From an uncultured Cellvibrionaceae bacterium (GTDB lineage: Bacteria; Pseudomonadota; Gammaproteobacteria; Pseudomonadales; Cellvibrionaceae), in NCBI GenBank assembly GCA_964456865.1, contig CAYWCW010000009.1, positions 15,494-79,493 on the forward strand: a stretch of 64,000 nucleotides of DNA. Direction: 5' to 3'. A program made the translations under genes and the position numbers. Shown here piece after piece: positions 40,031 through 51,398 of the stretch (the stretch's first letter is position 1; the number at the start of each line of letters is the position of its first letter). Below the pieces are notes generated by a model. The model had not been told where the DNA came from. It saw only the letters and a list, made by a program, of their open reading frames with translations, and searched no databases.

Positions 40031-41011
40031 TCAGTCAGTGGCTTTGGGTACGGCGTTGAAAAAACGTTCCATCAGCGTTTTCATTTGCGGATCGGTCATG
40101 AGTGACAACCTGTCACCGGACTGGAGTTTTTGCTGGAAACGGGGATCATTGACAATGGCCTGTACGCCTTCATCATTGCGTATCTCATCGACACCCTGCC
40201 AGGCATTCACAACCCATTCCGCAACCTGCTGGTCGGAGCTTTGGCGATCCAGGCCCGTTCCGGCGCGTTGCAGCACATAACGCACTTCCGGAAGATTCAA
40301 TAATTCCCGGAAGCGGGGGTCGCGCAGCGCGGCCTCGGTATCGCCACGGCTCAATATCGCCTGGAATTCCTGGTCCTGGAAGAGGCTGCGGACATCCTGG
40401 TTGGCTGCCAGCGACTGGACATTGCGTGTCATGGCCACGGGTGACTCCATGAGCGCACCGGTCAGCGGCGCCGCGTCGGGTGAAACCAGGCGGGTCAATT
40501 GCCGGGTGGCGCCCGCGACCATGAGGCGCGAACCGCGCTCCAGTGGCGGCAGTGCATCCAGCGCATCGCCGGCTGGTGCGGGTGCGGCTTGCTGTTGCGC
40601 CGCGGCGTCAGTCCGGTATTCCCGGAATTCGTGATACAGGCTCAGGCCATAGATGATGATCAATCCCCCGATGGCACCCAGCACGCCGCCAGCCGCGAGG
40701 CCGCCCAACCGCGAACCGGCGGACGGTGCCTGGTTGCCGGTAAGGATTTTTTGCAGGCTTTTGAGCAGCAGGCCGACCAGGGCGCCGACACCGAAGAAGA
40801 GCGTGAGTCCCGCCAGGAGATAGACGATGAAGCCCCGCAGCCCCAGGCTCTGTTCGAGCCACTGGACAACCGGGCTGAACCAGAACACCAGGGCGAGATA
40901 ACCCGCGATGAGTTCAAGTCCCCATACCAGAATGCTGAAGAATCCCTTGAAATAACCGCGCAGGGCAAAGAGGGCGATACAGACCAGCAGGATAATCAGG
41001 GACAGGGACAT
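40031..41011 (-). CDS. CvpA-family membrane protein with long C-terminal extension
   Basis: N-terminal four TMs with RGYFKGF and SRLGGLAAG.VLG; about 190-aa soluble helical tail. Confidence 0.68.
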   Translation of the reverse strand: MSLSLIILLVCIALFALRGYFKGFFSILVWGLELIAGYLALVFWFSPVVQWLEQSLGLRGFIVYLLAGLTLFFGVGALVGLLLKSLQKILTGNQAPSAGSRLGGLAAGGVLGAIGGLIIIYGLSLYHEFREYRTDAAAQQQAAPAPAGDALDALPPLERGSRLMVAGATRQLTRLVSPDAAPLTGALMESPVAMTRNVQSLAANQDVRSLFQDQEFQAILSRGDTEAALRDPRFRELLNLPEVRYVLQRAGTGLDRQSSDQQVAEWVVNAWQGVDEIRNDEGVQAIVNDPRFQQKLQSGDRLSLMTDPQMKTLMERFFNAVPKATD

Positions 41012-41055
41012 GGCAGGCCTCGGCGGAAATCCGGCGCCGGGCGCCGGGACATCGG

Positions 41056-41784
41056 TCAGATGGTTTCGGTGTATTGGTTTTCCGTGATGTTATCCACGCC
41101 GAAGAGTTCGCGGTAGACGATACCGGTGCAGATGCTCAGCATCGGCAGTGTCCAGATCAGTCCGATACCCAGGGGCAGGATACTGAGGATGATGATCAGG
41201 ATCATGATGAGGATCAGGCCGAAGAAGCGGAACCAGCAGTGGGTGATGGCTTTGCGCGAAGTTTCCAGGGCTTCCCAGATGCCCAGGTTTTTTTCCACCA
41301 TCAGGGGCAGGGCCAGCGAATAGGCCACGGCGATATAGATGCCGGGAATGATCAGCAGGACGAAGCCCACAAACATGATCAGGGATGCCAGCAACATCAT
41401 GATGAACAGCGGCACAGCCTTGTTGAAGTAGTCGAACAGAGTGCTGAAATTGACGTCCAGCCCCAATGAGCGTTTGACGCCCATCATCATCAGGCCGGCC
41501 GCCAGGGGGTAGGTGATCAGGCCAATCAGCAGCTGGCCGATGAAAACAACGCCCAGGGAATCCGAAGCCAGGTAATTGATCACGGTGCTCAGGCCCTGGG
41601 AGATCACCAGGTACACGATGATGGCAACGATATACACGAGCTTGAAGCCGCGGGTTTTCTGCCAGGCTTCGTTGAGCACATCGTTGATGGTCCAGTCATA
41701 GTTGCCGCCGGATTGCTGGCCGGTATCCGGGCGGTAAGTGAGATCGCTGGCGGGCGTGGAGTAGGGATTGTTGTTGTCTGACAT
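41056..41784 (-). CDS. Integral membrane protein of unknown function
   Basis: NPYSTPASDL N-terminus, 5-6 TMs, LLIIPGIY, WEALETSRKA. Confidence 0.7.
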   Translation of the reverse strand: MSDNNNPYSTPASDLTYRPDTGQQSGGNYDWTINDVLNEAWQKTRGFKLVYIVAIIVYLVISQGLSTVINYLASDSLGVVFIGQLLIGLITYPLAAGLMMMGVKRSLGLDVNFSTLFDYFNKAVPLFIMMLLASLIMFVGFVLLIIPGIYIAVAYSLALPLMVEKNLGIWEALETSRKAITHCWFRFFGLILIMILIIILSILPLGIGLIWTLPMLSICTGIVYRELFGVDNITENQYTETI

Positions 41785-41970
41785 GGGCTGATTTCCTGAT
41801 CCGGATCGAAGTAGAAACGGCAGTGGCCACCGTTGGCGCCGACCTTAGCGCAACTCCTGGGCGAAAACCAGTGGCGGGGTAAAAATAAGCCCCGGTGACG
41901 GGGTATCTGTGGATATCAGGTAGCTGCCAAGTTGCTGCGGTCAGTGCAGTGCGATCAGAGTGCCGTGCGT

Positions 41971-43482
41971 TCAGAGTACCGAGAGAGCCGAGGTCTTCAG
42001 ACTGACCTGCGTGGTGTCCCGGCTGCTGTCCGCGTTACTGGCCTGGGCATGGCTGTCGGTGTGGTCCTCATAGTAGAGCACGGCCAGGCGGCGCTCTTCC
42101 TGCTCGGCGTACCAGGCCATGATGCGGTGGTAGTTGCGCACTTTCCTGACATAGTGCACGGGCTCCCAGCCGCGCGCGTAACCGTGCCTGGTCTGGCTGA
42201 AATACTGGCGTTTGGAGAGCAGCGGCAGGTATTTGCGGACATCGGCCCATTTGTTCGGATTGTCGCCATGGCGCTCGGTCAGCACACGGGCGTCCTCCAG
42301 GTGGCCCATGCCTACGTTGTAAGCGGCCAGCGCCATATAAAGACGGTCTTCCGGATCGGTGACGCGCGCGGGAATCCGGTCCAGCAGGTTGCGGAAATAA
42401 CGGGCGCCGCCATAAATGCTTTGCGTGGGGTCCACGCGGTCATCGACACCGACTTCCGATGCCGTGGCACGGGTCAGCATCATCAGTCCCCGCACCCCGG
42501 TGGGCGATACGGCTTTGGGGTCCCAATGCGATTCCTGGTAGCTGATGGCGGCCAGCAGGGTCCAGTCCAACTCGAATGTCTCTCCTGCCGCACGCAGGTC
42601 TTCTTCCCAGCGGGGGAAGCGTTTTTCCAGCCGCTGGAAAAAGGCCAGGGCATCGGCGGTATCCACTTCCTCGATGGGCATGGGCTTGAAGAAGCGGTCA
42701 TTGATGGCCTGGAGGCGGCCATCGGCCTTGATGCGGGTGAGATAGGCATCGGCCGCTTTGTAGAGGCTGTCGTCCAGTCCTTTCGGGAAGGCCCAGGCAA
42801 GGTGCTGCTGATCGTTCAGGGCAAAGGCGGCCCGCACGCGGGAGTAGGCATAACGGTTCAGCTCAAAGGCATGGGAGTCCACGATGGCGGCATCCGCTTC
42901 GCCTTTATGGACCATTTCCATCAGGTCGATCACGTCGGCGTTGTCGACTTCGCGCCAGTTGAGTTCCGGGTAGGTGTCCCGCAATTCACGCAGGCGTTCG
43001 ACATGGGCGCCATCGGCGGCCACCACGAGGTCGCGTCCGGTCAGGTCGGGCAGGCCGGCTGGCTCGGGCAGGTTGCTGTTATAGATCAGCTGCTGGTAGA
43101 CGTCGATGAAGGGCTGGGTGAAGGCCACTTTTCTGCTGCGCTTGGGTGTGACGGTGATATTGGCGGCGGCCAGGTGTTCGCGGGTGCCATTGGTCAGGCG
43201 TTGCAGGATTTTGCCGAGGCTGGCTTCTTCTTCAATGACCAGGGCCACGCCGAGTTCGTCGGCAAACCCTTTGAGGAGGGTGTATTCAAAGCCGGTGATG
43301 CCCTTGGGACCTTCATAATAAGTAGTAGGACCGTTGCGCGAGAGAACCCGGAGCTCGCCCTCGGCCTGGACACGTTCGAGGAGCGTAGGCTGGTAGCTGC
43401 TGACCAGCAACAGACAACAGGAGGCGGGCAGCAGCCCGGCGATAAGTCGGAATACGCTGCGCTTAATGCGTTTTATATCCAT
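41971..43482 (-). CDS. mltF: Membrane-bound lytic murein transglycosylase F
   Basis: N-terminal periplasmic binding fold, AISYQESHW, GVRGLMMLT, ALAAYNVG, GYARG.EPV.YV; divergent from purL. Confidence 0.9.
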   Translation of the reverse strand: MDIKRIKRSVFRLIAGLLPASCCLLLVSSYQPTLLERVQAEGELRVLSRNGPTTYYEGPKGITGFEYTLLKGFADELGVALVIEEEASLGKILQRLTNGTREHLAAANITVTPKRSRKVAFTQPFIDVYQQLIYNSNLPEPAGLPDLTGRDLVVAADGAHVERLRELRDTYPELNWREVDNADVIDLMEMVHKGEADAAIVDSHAFELNRYAYSRVRAAFALNDQQHLAWAFPKGLDDSLYKAADAYLTRIKADGRLQAINDRFFKPMPIEEVDTADALAFFQRLEKRFPRWEEDLRAAGETFELDWTLLAAISYQESHWDPKAVSPTGVRGLMMLTRATASEVGVDDRVDPTQSIYGGARYFRNLLDRIPARVTDPEDRLYMALAAYNVGMGHLEDARVLTERHGDNPNKWADVRKYLPLLSKRQYFSQTRHGYARGWEPVHYVRKVRNYHRIMAWYAEQEERRLAVLYYEDHTDSHAQASNADSSRDTTQVSLKTSALSVL

Positions 43483-43917
43483 ATCGTCAGTCTCCGGTTT
43501 TACGGATAAGAGCCATATTCCATGGAGTAGCGGGTCGATCGGGGTGCCCCGTAACAGGGCGCTCAGGTCGCTTTACCAGCCTGGCTCACTCAAGATGCGC
43601 GCGATTCTAGCGACTGATATCGGGCTTTGCCAGCTTGTTTTCTGACCAGAAGTGTAGTAGCTGGAACAAAAAATGAACAGTATTTTGCCGGTTGCCGCCC
43701 GCAAGCATCGCTATCAAAGGCTGTTCGGGTGAGTGGTTCCTGACTTTTGCTACAAACTTTTACATTCCGGACGCTGTTGATTTTGCGCATTTCGTTCAAA
43801 AAACAAGCAAAGAGCCGGCCAAGAGGTTTATCGCCGGGCGTTGCTGTCTTGTCCGGGTGAATCAAGTACAATTGCGCCCTCTTTGAAACCCCCTCCGCTT
43901 TCGAGGCTTGTCCCCCT

Positions 43918-46900
43918 ATGCTGATTTTGCGTGGTGCTCCCGCTCTTTCTTCCTTCCGCTCCCAAAAACTTCTGGCCAGTTTGCAGCAGCAGGTGCCCGG
44001 TGTGGCGGGGGTGAGCACCGAATACCTTCATTTTGCCGATGGTGAGCCGCTGAACGATCAGCAGCGGCAGATACTGGAACAACTCCTGACCTACGGTCCC
44101 CGCAGCGAGGGAGAGATCGCGCGCGAGGGCCAGCTGTTCCTGGTGGTTCCCCGTCCGGGCACCATTTCTCCCTGGGCGTCCAAGGCGACCGATATTGCCC
44201 ATAACACCGGCCTGGACGCTATTCGCCGGCTCGAGCGGGGCATTGCCTATTACGTGACGGGCAGCATTGCCGAGCATGAGCGCGCCCTGGTTGCCGCGCA
44301 ACTGCACGACCGTATGGTCGAAGCGGTATTTTCCCACCTGGAGGACGCCGAACAACTGTTTATCCGCCAATCGCCCGCGCCGCAGACATCCGTCGATATC
44401 CTCGGTGGTGGCCGTGCCGCACTGGAACAGGCCAACCGCGACCTGGGCCTGGCCCTGGCCGAGGATGAAGTCGATTATCTGGTGGACAGCTTCCAGTCCC
44501 TGGGGCGCAACCCGGTGGATGTGGAATTGATGATGTTCGCCCAGGCCAACTCCGAGCATTGCCGTCACAAGATATTCAATGCCAGCTGGACCATCGACGG
44601 CGAGGACCAGCCCCTCAGCCTGTTCAAGATGATCAAGAACACCTATGAAAAGGCTGGCGACAACGTGCTCTCCGCCTATGCGGACAATGCAGCGGTGATC
44701 GCCGGTCCCGAGGCGGGCCGCTTCTACCCCGACAGCCAGAGCCGGGTGTATGCCTACCACAAGGAACCCGTGCATATGCTGATGAAGGTGGAAACCCATA
44801 ACCACCCCACGGCCATTGCGCCCTTCCCGGGGGCGGGTACCGGCGCGGGCGGGGAAATCCGTGACGAGGGCGCGGTTGGCCGCGGCTCCAAGCCCAAGGT
44901 GGGCCTGACGGGCTTCACCGTGTCCAACTTGCAGATTCCCGATTTTGTCCAGCCCTGGGAGCAGGATTACGGCAAGCCCGGCCGTATCGTCACCCCGCTG
45001 GATATCATGATCGAAGGCCCCATCGGGGGTGCCGCCTTCAATAATGAGTTTGGCCGGCCCAATATCTGCGGTTATTTCCGCACCTTCGAGGAAACGGTCG
45101 ACGGCGAGCGCCGCGGCTACCACAAGCCCATCATGCTTGCCGGCGGCTATGGCAACATCAAGGCCGAACACATTGAAAAGCCGCCCTTTGCACCCGGCGC
45201 CAGGCTGGTGGTGCTGGGTGGTCCGGCCATGTTGATCGGCCTGGGCGGCGGTGCTGCCTCGTCCATGGCTTCGGGTTCCTCGTCCGAGGACCTGGATTTT
45301 GCCTCGGTGCAACGCCAGAACCCGGAAATCGAACGCCGCTGCCAGGAGGTGATCGACAGCTGCTGGCAGCAGGGCGATAAAAACCCCATCGCGTTCATTC
45401 ACGATGTCGGTGCCGGTGGCCTCTCCAATGCCTTCCCTGAACTGGTGAAGGATGGCGGCACGGGCGGCAGCTTCGAGCTGCGCAACGTGCCCAACGATGA
45501 ACCGGGCATGAGCCCCCTGGCCATCTGGTGCAACGAATCCCAGGAACGCTATGTCCTGGCGATCAACCCGGAGGACCTGCCGCGCTTCGAGGCCATCTGC
45601 GCGCGCGAGCGCTGCCCTTACGCCGTGGTCGGCGAGGCTACCAGCGAGAAGCATTTGCTGGTCAACGATAAACACTTCGATGCCCGCCCCGTCGACCTGC
45701 CCATGTCGGTGTTGTTCGGCAAACCGCCGCGCATGCATCGCACGGCGGAACGCTACCAGGCCAGTACCCATGCGTTTGCCACCCAGGATTTGGATATCAA
45801 CGATGCCGCCGAGCGGGTGCTCAAGCACCCGGCGGTCGCCAGCAAGAGCTTTTTGATCACGATTGGTGACCGCTCGGTGACCGGCATGGTGGTCCGCGAC
45901 CAGATGGTTGGTCCCTGGCAGGTGCCCGTGGCCGATTGCGCCGTGACTACCGTGGCCTATGACACCTACCGGGGCGAGGCCATGAGCATGGGTGAGCGTA
46001 CACCTGTGGCACTGCTGGATGCGCCGGCGTCCGGGCGTATGGCCGTGGGTGAAGCCATCACCAACATTGCGGCGACCCGCATCGGCAAGCTGGCGGATAT
46101 CAAGCTCTCGGCCAACTGGATGTGCGCGGCCGGTCACCGGGGCGAGGATGAAAAACTGTTCCGCACCGTCGAAGCCGTGGGCATGGAATTGTGCCCGGCA
46201 CTGGGCATCACGATTCCGGTGGGCAAGGACTCCATGTCCATGCGCACCGCCTGGCAACAGAATGGCGAGAACAAAGCCGTTACCGCACCCACCTCGCTGA
46301 TCATTTCCGCGTTCGCGCCGGTGCTGGATGTGCGTCAGACACTCTCGCCGCAGCTTCGCACCGACAAGGGGCCGACAGAGCTGTTGCTGGTCGATCTGGG
46401 CGGGGGCCGCAATCGCCTGGGAGGCTCCATTCTGGCCCAGGTCTACAACCAGCTGGGCGATGAGCCGGCAGACCTCGATAGTCCCGAGCACCTGCGCGGC
46501 TTCTTCGAGGCAGTGCAGGCCAGCCTGGCGGCGGGCGAGCTGCTGGCCTATCACGACCGCAGTGACGGTGGTCTGTTTGTCACCCTCGTGGAGATGGCCT
46601 TTGCGGGTCACTGTGGCCTGGACATTGATATCACCGCATTGGGTGATGATGCGCTGGCGGTGCTGTTCAGTGAGGAACTGGGCGCGGTGCTGCAAGTCAG
46701 CCGCGACAAATCCGCGGCGGTGCAGGCGCGTTTTGCCGCTGTCGGTTTGACGGCGGTCACCATTGGCGAACCCAACCAGGAAGACTGGCTGCATATCAGG
46801 CAATCGGGTGAATTGATTTTCGATCAGTCGCGCGTGATCCTGCAAAGCCTCTGGGCCGAGACCAGCCACCGCATCCAAGCTTTGCGCGACAATCCCGAGT

Positions 46901-47784
46901 GCGCGCGCCAGGAATACGATCAACTCATGCAGCGCGATCCGGGATTGAGCGTCAAGCTCACCTATGACCCACAGGAAAATATCGCCGCGCCCTATATCCA
47001 GCTGGGCATCAGGCCGGCGGTGGCCGTCCTGCGCGAGCAGGGCGTCAACAGCCATGTGGAAATGGCGGCCGCTTTCGAGCGCGCGGGCTTCAAACCCGTC
47101 GATGTGCACATGAGCGATCTGCTCAGTGGCCGCGTGTCGCTCGATCATTTCAAGGGTCTGGTGGCGTGCGGCGGTTTCTCTTATGGCGACGTGCTGGGTG
47201 CCGGTGAAGGATGGGCCAAGACGGTGCTGTTCAACAACCGTGCGCGGGATCAGTTTGCGCAATTTTTCCATCGCGCGGATACTTTCAGCCTGGGTGTCTG
47301 CAACGGATGCCAGATGATGTCCAACCTCAAGGCCCTGATTCCCGGCGCCGACCATTGGCCGCGTTTTGTGCGCAACCTGTCCGAACAGTTTGAAGCGCGT
47401 TTCAGTCTCGTGCAGGTTCAGGAATCACCGTCTGTGTTGTTTGCCGGCATGGCGGGTTCCCATATGCCGGTGGTGGTATCGCATGGCGAGGGCCGCGCGG
47501 AATTTGCCGATGAGTCGGCCACGCAAGCCTGCCATGAAAGTGGCACGGTGGCGGTGCGCTATGTGGATAACCATCTGCAAGTCACCGAAACCTATCCGGC
47601 CAATCCCAATGGCTCTCCTCTGGGGATCACCGCGGTGACCAGCCGCGACGGGCGCGCCACCATCATGATGCCTCACCCGGAGCGGGTGTTCCGCACGGTG
47701 ACCAATTCCTGGCACCCGGACCACTGGCAGGAGGATGGTGCCTGGTTGCGTTTGTTCCGCAATGCGCGTACCTATATAAACTAG
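43918..47784 (+). CDS. purL: Phosphoribosylformylglycinamidine synthase (large single-chain)
   Basis: [49 protein letters not shown]. Confidence 0.97.
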   Translation: MLILRGAPALSSFRSQKLLASLQQQVPGVAGVSTEYLHFADGEPLNDQQRQILEQLLTYGPRSEGEIAREGQLFLVVPRPGTISPWASKATDIAHNTGLDAIRRLERGIAYYVTGSIAEHERALVAAQLHDRMVEAVFSHLEDAEQLFIRQSPAPQTSVDILGGGRAALEQANRDLGLALAEDEVDYLVDSFQSLGRNPVDVELMMFAQANSEHCRHKIFNASWTIDGEDQPLSLFKMIKNTYEKAGDNVLSAYADNAAVIAGPEAGRFYPDSQSRVYAYHKEPVHMLMKVETHNHPTAIAPFPGAGTGAGGEIRDEGAVGRGSKPKVGLTGFTVSNLQIPDFVQPWEQDYGKPGRIVTPLDIMIEGPIGGAAFNNEFGRPNICGYFRTFEETVDGERRGYHKPIMLAGGYGNIKAEHIEKPPFAPGARLVVLGGPAMLIGLGGGAASSMASGSSSEDLDFASVQRQNPEIERRCQEVIDSCWQQGDKNPIAFIHDVGAGGLSNAFPELVKDGGTGGSFELRNVPNDEPGMSPLAIWCNESQERYVLAINPEDLPRFEAICARERCPYAVVGEATSEKHLLVNDKHFDARPVDLPMSVLFGKPPRMHRTAERYQASTHAFATQDLDINDAAERVLKHPAVASKSFLITIGDRSVTGMVVRDQMVGPWQVPVADCAVTTVAYDTYRGEAMSMGERTPVALLDAPASGRMAVGEAITNIAATRIGKLADIKLSANWMCAAGHRGEDEKLFRTVEAVGMELCPALGITIPVGKDSMSMRTAWQQNGENKAVTAPTSLIISAFAPVLDVRQTLSPQLRTDKGPTELLLVDLGGGRNRLGGSILAQVYNQLGDEPADLDSPEHLRGFFEAVQASLAAGELLAYHDRSDGGLFVTLVEMAFAGHCGLDIDITALGDDALAVLFSEELGAVLQVSRDKSAAVQARFAAVGLTAVTIGEPNQEDWLHIRQSGELIFDQSRVILQSLWAETSHRIQALRDNPECARQEYDQLMQRDPGLSVKLTYDPQENIAAPYIQLGIRPAVAVLREQGVNSHVEMAAAFERAGFKPVDVHMSDLLSGRVSLDHFKGLVACGGFSYGDVLGAGEGWAKTVLFNNRARDQFAQFFHRADTFSLGVCNGCQMMSNLKALIPGADHWPRFVRNLSEQFEARFSLVQVQESPSVLFAGMAGSHMPVVVSHGEGRAEFADESATQACHESGTVAVRYVDNHLQVTETYPANPNGSPLGITAVTSRDGRATIMMPHPERVFRTVTNSWHPDHWQEDGAWLRLFRNARTYIN

Positions 47785-47831
47785 GTAAACTAGCCCTGTG
47801 TAAATCCAGCCATGGGAAAGGGAGACGGCTT

Positions 47832-48488
47832 ATGAAATGTGTGCGTTTACTGGTGTTGTTGGCCGGTGTGTCCCTGTCCATGGCATGCAGTCATAAGCCG
47901 GCGGTGGATCAAACGGCCACGGCAACGCCTGCTTCCGTTGCGGGCCAGGCCCACGATGACCGGATAGAAGGTTTCTATATCCAGCCAAACGTCAATTTCA
48001 CCCGCTACCAGCGGATGATCCTGACGGATATCAACCTGCGCGACATCAATATCCGCCAACCTGAACCCCGCAGCAAAACCCCTTGGGTATTGAGTGATAG
48101 CGACAGGCAGTTCTACCGCATGCAATACATTGATGCTGTCGTCAGCCAGATGATTGCCGATGGCCGTTTTGCCACGGCGCTGGATGCCGGCGACGATGTG
48201 TTGCGGCTCGAGGCGGCCATCGTGGAAATCGCCCCGGTGGATATACCGGCCGATCAGCAATCGCCGGCGATGCGGGCATACACGCGTGGCATGGCGACCA
48301 TGACCATTGCACTGGATGTGCTTGATTCACGCAGTGGCGAGTTGCTGGCGACGCTGGTGGACAGGCGTGATATGGGGCATATCTGGGATGACAACAACCG
48401 CTTGACACCCAACCTGCAAATTCGCACGGCGTTTATGGAGTGGCTTGCCGCGTTGCGGTTTTATCTCGATGATCTGACGGTGCCCTGA
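47832..48488 (+). CDS. DUF3313-like lipoprotein
   Basis: Lipobox SMAC; LRLEAAIVEIAP, LDVLDSRSGELLA..VDRR. Confidence 0.62.
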   Translation: MKCVRLLVLLAGVSLSMACSHKPAVDQTATATPASVAGQAHDDRIEGFYIQPNVNFTRYQRMILTDINLRDINIRQPEPRSKTPWVLSDSDRQFYRMQYIDAVVSQMIADGRFATALDAGDDVLRLEAAIVEIAPVDIPADQQSPAMRAYTRGMATMTIALDVLDSRSGELLATLVDRRDMGHIWDDNNRLTPNLQIRTAFMEWLAALRFYLDDLTVP

Positions 48489-48530
48489 TCACCATTTCTA
48501 TAAACTCAATTCCACGAGTGATCGACGCCC

Positions 48531-48575
48531 AAGAAAAACGGCGGAATACACAAGATGTATTCCGCCGTTTTTCTT
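48531..48575. terminator. Bidirectional intrinsic terminator
   Basis: Perfect 20-bp arms AAGAAAAACGGCGGAATACA-CAAGA-TGTATTCCGCCGTTTTTCTT. Confidence 0.9.
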
Positions 48576-48598
48576 TTACGGGGTGCGTGATATGCGGC

Positions 48599-49417
48599 TT
48601 ATTCGTGGTTCACCACCATCACGTCGTCATCCAGCGCGGCGATGATGCGTTCCGCGGTGTTGCCGCGGCGGGTCGTGGTCATGCCATTCTGGCCCAGCGT
48701 ACCCATGACGACCAGATCGGCCTGGATTTCTTCGGCAACCTGGGAGATCACCTCCGAGGAATAGCCATTTTTGACGTGGACGTTGGTGGTGGGCAGGCCG
48801 GTCTCATTGACCAGGCGGCCGCGGTCCGGGTAGCTCAGGGAGTCCAGGTAGCCGTTGACCACATGCAGCTGGGCGCCGTAGGCCTCGGCGTAATGACGCG
48901 CGTGGTCGAGGATCTTCCGGTTGAGTTCACGCTGCACATCGCGCTGGGCCTGGAAGTTGACGGCGGCCAGGATCACGCTGCGCTGCGCCTTGGCGCCCGG
49001 ACGGATCAACACCACCGGGCAGTGGGCGCCCTTGAGCAGTTCCCATTTGGATTCGGTAAAGGTGAATCGGCGGTTGCTGACCTTGGCATGCACCGGCAGG
49101 TAGATCAGGTCGGCGCCGAAGCGCTTGGCGGACTGGCGGATGGCGTTTTGCCACTCGCTCGACCAGGAGACTTCGATCAGGTACTCGATTCCCGCGTCGC
49201 TCAGCGGCTTTTTGATGGTTTCATCGAACCAGGTCTGGTCGCGGAAAAGGCTGTCGTTGGTTGCGCGGGTATCAGTGGCTTCAGCGTCGACGGAGACAAA
49301 CACGTACACAAAGGGTTTGTTGCCCCGCAGGCGCGAGATGATGATGGCGCGCTCCAGGGCGATGTGTTCCTGGGCGGTGGGGTCGACGACGACAAAAAGC
49401 TTTTGCTGCTGGGTCAT
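48599..49417 (-). CDS. uspE: Universal stress protein E (tandem Usp)
   Basis: VVVDPT...ALERA, WELLKGAHCPVVLIR, ADLVVMGTLG, GNTAERI; start at MTQQQ inferred. Confidence 0.83.
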   Translation of the reverse strand: MTQQQKLFVVVDPTAQEHIALERAIIISRLRGNKPFVYVFVSVDAEATDTRATNDSLFRDQTWFDETIKKPLSDAGIEYLIEVSWSSEWQNAIRQSAKRFGADLIYLPVHAKVSNRRFTFTESKWELLKGAHCPVVLIRPGAKAQRSVILAAVNFQAQRDVQRELNRKILDHARHYAEAYGAQLHVVNGYLDSLSYPDRGRLVNETGLPTTNVHVKNGYSSEVISQVAEEIQADLVVMGTLGQNGMTTTRRGNTAERIIAALDDDVMVVNHE

Positions 49418-49511
49418 GGTGGCTCCAATAGAGGAATGAACATTGTTATCGGACTGGACCTTAGCATAACAATGGCGGGCGATTTTTGACAGGGCGCAAA
49501 CAGACGATGCC

Positions 49512-50186
49512 TTATTCCGCTTCTTCGTCGGTTTCCACCAGGGCTTCCGGCGACCAGCCCCCCAGGATCTGCCAGCGATTGACGATGTAGCAGAAGAGTT
49601 GGGCGGTCTTTTCAGCGTCATAGGCCGCGGAATGCGCCGCGCTGTTGCTGAACTCTATGCCCGCCGCGCGGCAGGCCTTGGCCAGCACCGTCTGGCCAAA
49701 GGCCAGGCCGGCCAGGGTGGCGGTGTCAAAACAGGAAAAAGGATGGAAGGGATTGCGCTTGATGTCGCAGCGTTCCACAGCGGCATTGACGAATCCCAGG
49801 TCGAAATGGGCGTTGTGGCCGACGATGACGGCGCGGGTGCAGCCGTTTTCCTTGACGGCGCGGCGCAGCGCCTGGAAAAGGTCCGTCATGACGATCAACT
49901 CCGGTTCCGCCAGGCGGTCGGGGCTGTCCAGGTCTATCCCGGTAAAGTCCAGGGCGGCCTGCTCGATATTGGCGCCTTCAAAAGGGTCTACCTGGAAGGC
50001 GAGGGTTTCGTGGGGGTGGAGCAGCCCTTCGTCATCCATGCGCAGGGTGACGGCGGCGATTTCCAGCAGCGCATCGGTGCGCGCGTTGAAGCCGCCCGTT
50101 TCGACATCCACGATGACCGGCAGGAAACCGCGGAAGCGCTGGGCCATGGGCGACCGGGGGTCGCGGGGCTGATCGGGGAGGTTCAC
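49512..50186 (-). CDS. rnt: Ribonuclease T
   Basis: RFRGFLPVIVDVETGGFN, GHNAHFDLGF, NPFHPFS, AHSAAYDAEKTA. Confidence 0.93.
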   Translation of the reverse strand: MNLPDQPRDPRSPMAQRFRGFLPVIVDVETGGFNARTDALLEIAAVTLRMDDEGLLHPHETLAFQVDPFEGANIEQAALDFTGIDLDSPDRLAEPELIVMTDLFQALRRAVKENGCTRAVIVGHNAHFDLGFVNAAVERCDIKRNPFHPFSCFDTATLAGLAFGQTVLAKACRAAGIEFSNSAAHSAAYDAEKTAQLFCYIVNRWQILGGWSPEALVETDEEAE

Positions 50187-50195
50187 ACCGGCTCC

Positions 50196-51230
50196 TCAGG
50201 CTTGGCGCTGCCAGCGCAGGGTTTCGCCGGCCCGCAGGGGCACCAGGGCCTGGTCGGCCAGATCCAACTGTTCGGGCATCTGCCAGTCACGCCGGATGAG
50301 GGTGATGCGGTCCGTGTTGCGCGGCAGCTGGTAGAAATCCGGGCCGAAGTGGCTGGCAAAGGCCTCGAGCTTGTCCAGCGCACCGGCGTCCTCGAAGGCT
50401 TCCGCGTAGAGTTCCAGGGCGGCATTGGCGGTATAGCTGCCGGCACAGCCGCAGGCCGCTTCCTTTTTGTTCTTGGCGTGGGGAGCGGAGTCCGTGCCCA
50501 GGAAAAACCTGGGATTGCCGCTGGTGGCGGCGGCGATCAGCGCTTCCTGGTGACTGCTGCGCTTGAGGATCGGCAGGCAGTAGTAATGCGGTCGAATACC
50601 GCCCGCCAGCATATGGTTGCGGTTGTAAAGCAGGTGGTGGGCCGTGATGGTCGCGGCCAGGTTGGCTGGCGCTTCGGCCACGAACTGCGCCGCGTCGCGG
50701 GTGGTGATGTGTTCCAGCACCATGTGCAGCCCCGGAAAATCCCGGATCAGTTGGCTCAGGCTGCGGTCGAGGAAGACTTTTTCACGATCAAAGATATCGA
50801 TGGCGCTGTCGGTGACTTCACCGTGCAGCAAAAACCGCATGCCCGCGTCCTGCATGGCGTCCAGTACCGGGTAGATCCTGTTGATGTCGGTAACGCCGGA
50901 GTCTGAATTGGTGGTGGCGCCCGCCGGATAGAGTTTAGCGGCCACCACTCCGGCATACGTGGCGCGGGCGATCTCGGCGGGGTCGGTGTTATCGGTGAGG
51001 TACAGCACCATCAGTGGTTCGAAGTCGCTGCCCGCGGGGCGGGCTGCCAGTATGCGGTCTTTGTAATCCAGCGCCTGCCGGGCCGTCAGTACCGGGGGCA
51101 CCAGGTTGGGCATGACGATAGCGCGGGCGAAGCTGGCGGCTGCATCGGCCACGGTACGGGTCAGGGCGGCGCCGTCACGCAGGTGAATGTGCCAGTCATC
51201 GGGGCGGGTGATACTGAGGCTCGATGTCAT
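50196..51230 (-). CDS. pyrC: Dihydroorotase (type II)
   Basis: [37 protein letters not shown]. Confidence 0.95.
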   Translation of the reverse strand: MTSSLSITRPDDWHIHLRDGAALTRTVADAAASFARAIVMPNLVPPVLTARQALDYKDRILAARPAGSDFEPLMVLYLTDNTDPAEIARATYAGVVAAKLYPAGATTNSDSGVTDINRIYPVLDAMQDAGMRFLLHGEVTDSAIDIFDREKVFLDRSLSQLIRDFPGLHMVLEHITTRDAAQFVAEAPANLAATITAHHLLYNRNHMLAGGIRPHYYCLPILKRSSHQEALIAAATSGNPRFFLGTDSAPHAKNKKEAACGCAGSYTANAALELYAEAFEDAGALDKLEAFASHFGPDFYQLPRNTDRITLIRRDWQMPEQLDLADQALVPLRAGETLRWQRQA

Positions 51231-51398
51231 GGGGTGGAAAATCCTGGGCTCAAAAACGCGAGCATCCTAACAAATTGAGCCGCCCAGCGCATGCTTTGTC
51301 GTTCGCCCTAAAGTCATGGGGGTGCGGGTCGATAAATTCCCTGTGCTATGGTTCAGGGTGGTGGCGCCGCGTGCGCCTGGTGTTTGGGGGGCGGGTGA

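Noticed and set aside
43828-47355. 1175-aa minus-strand ORF (likewise 15502-17613, 7403-8890, 20413-22005, 54409-55710)
   Set aside because: Antisense shadows of real GC3-biased genes; no protein motifs
48531-48575. 20-bp perfect inverted repeat as MITE or operator
   Set aside because: Fully explained as a bidirectional terminator between convergent genes; no second copy noticed
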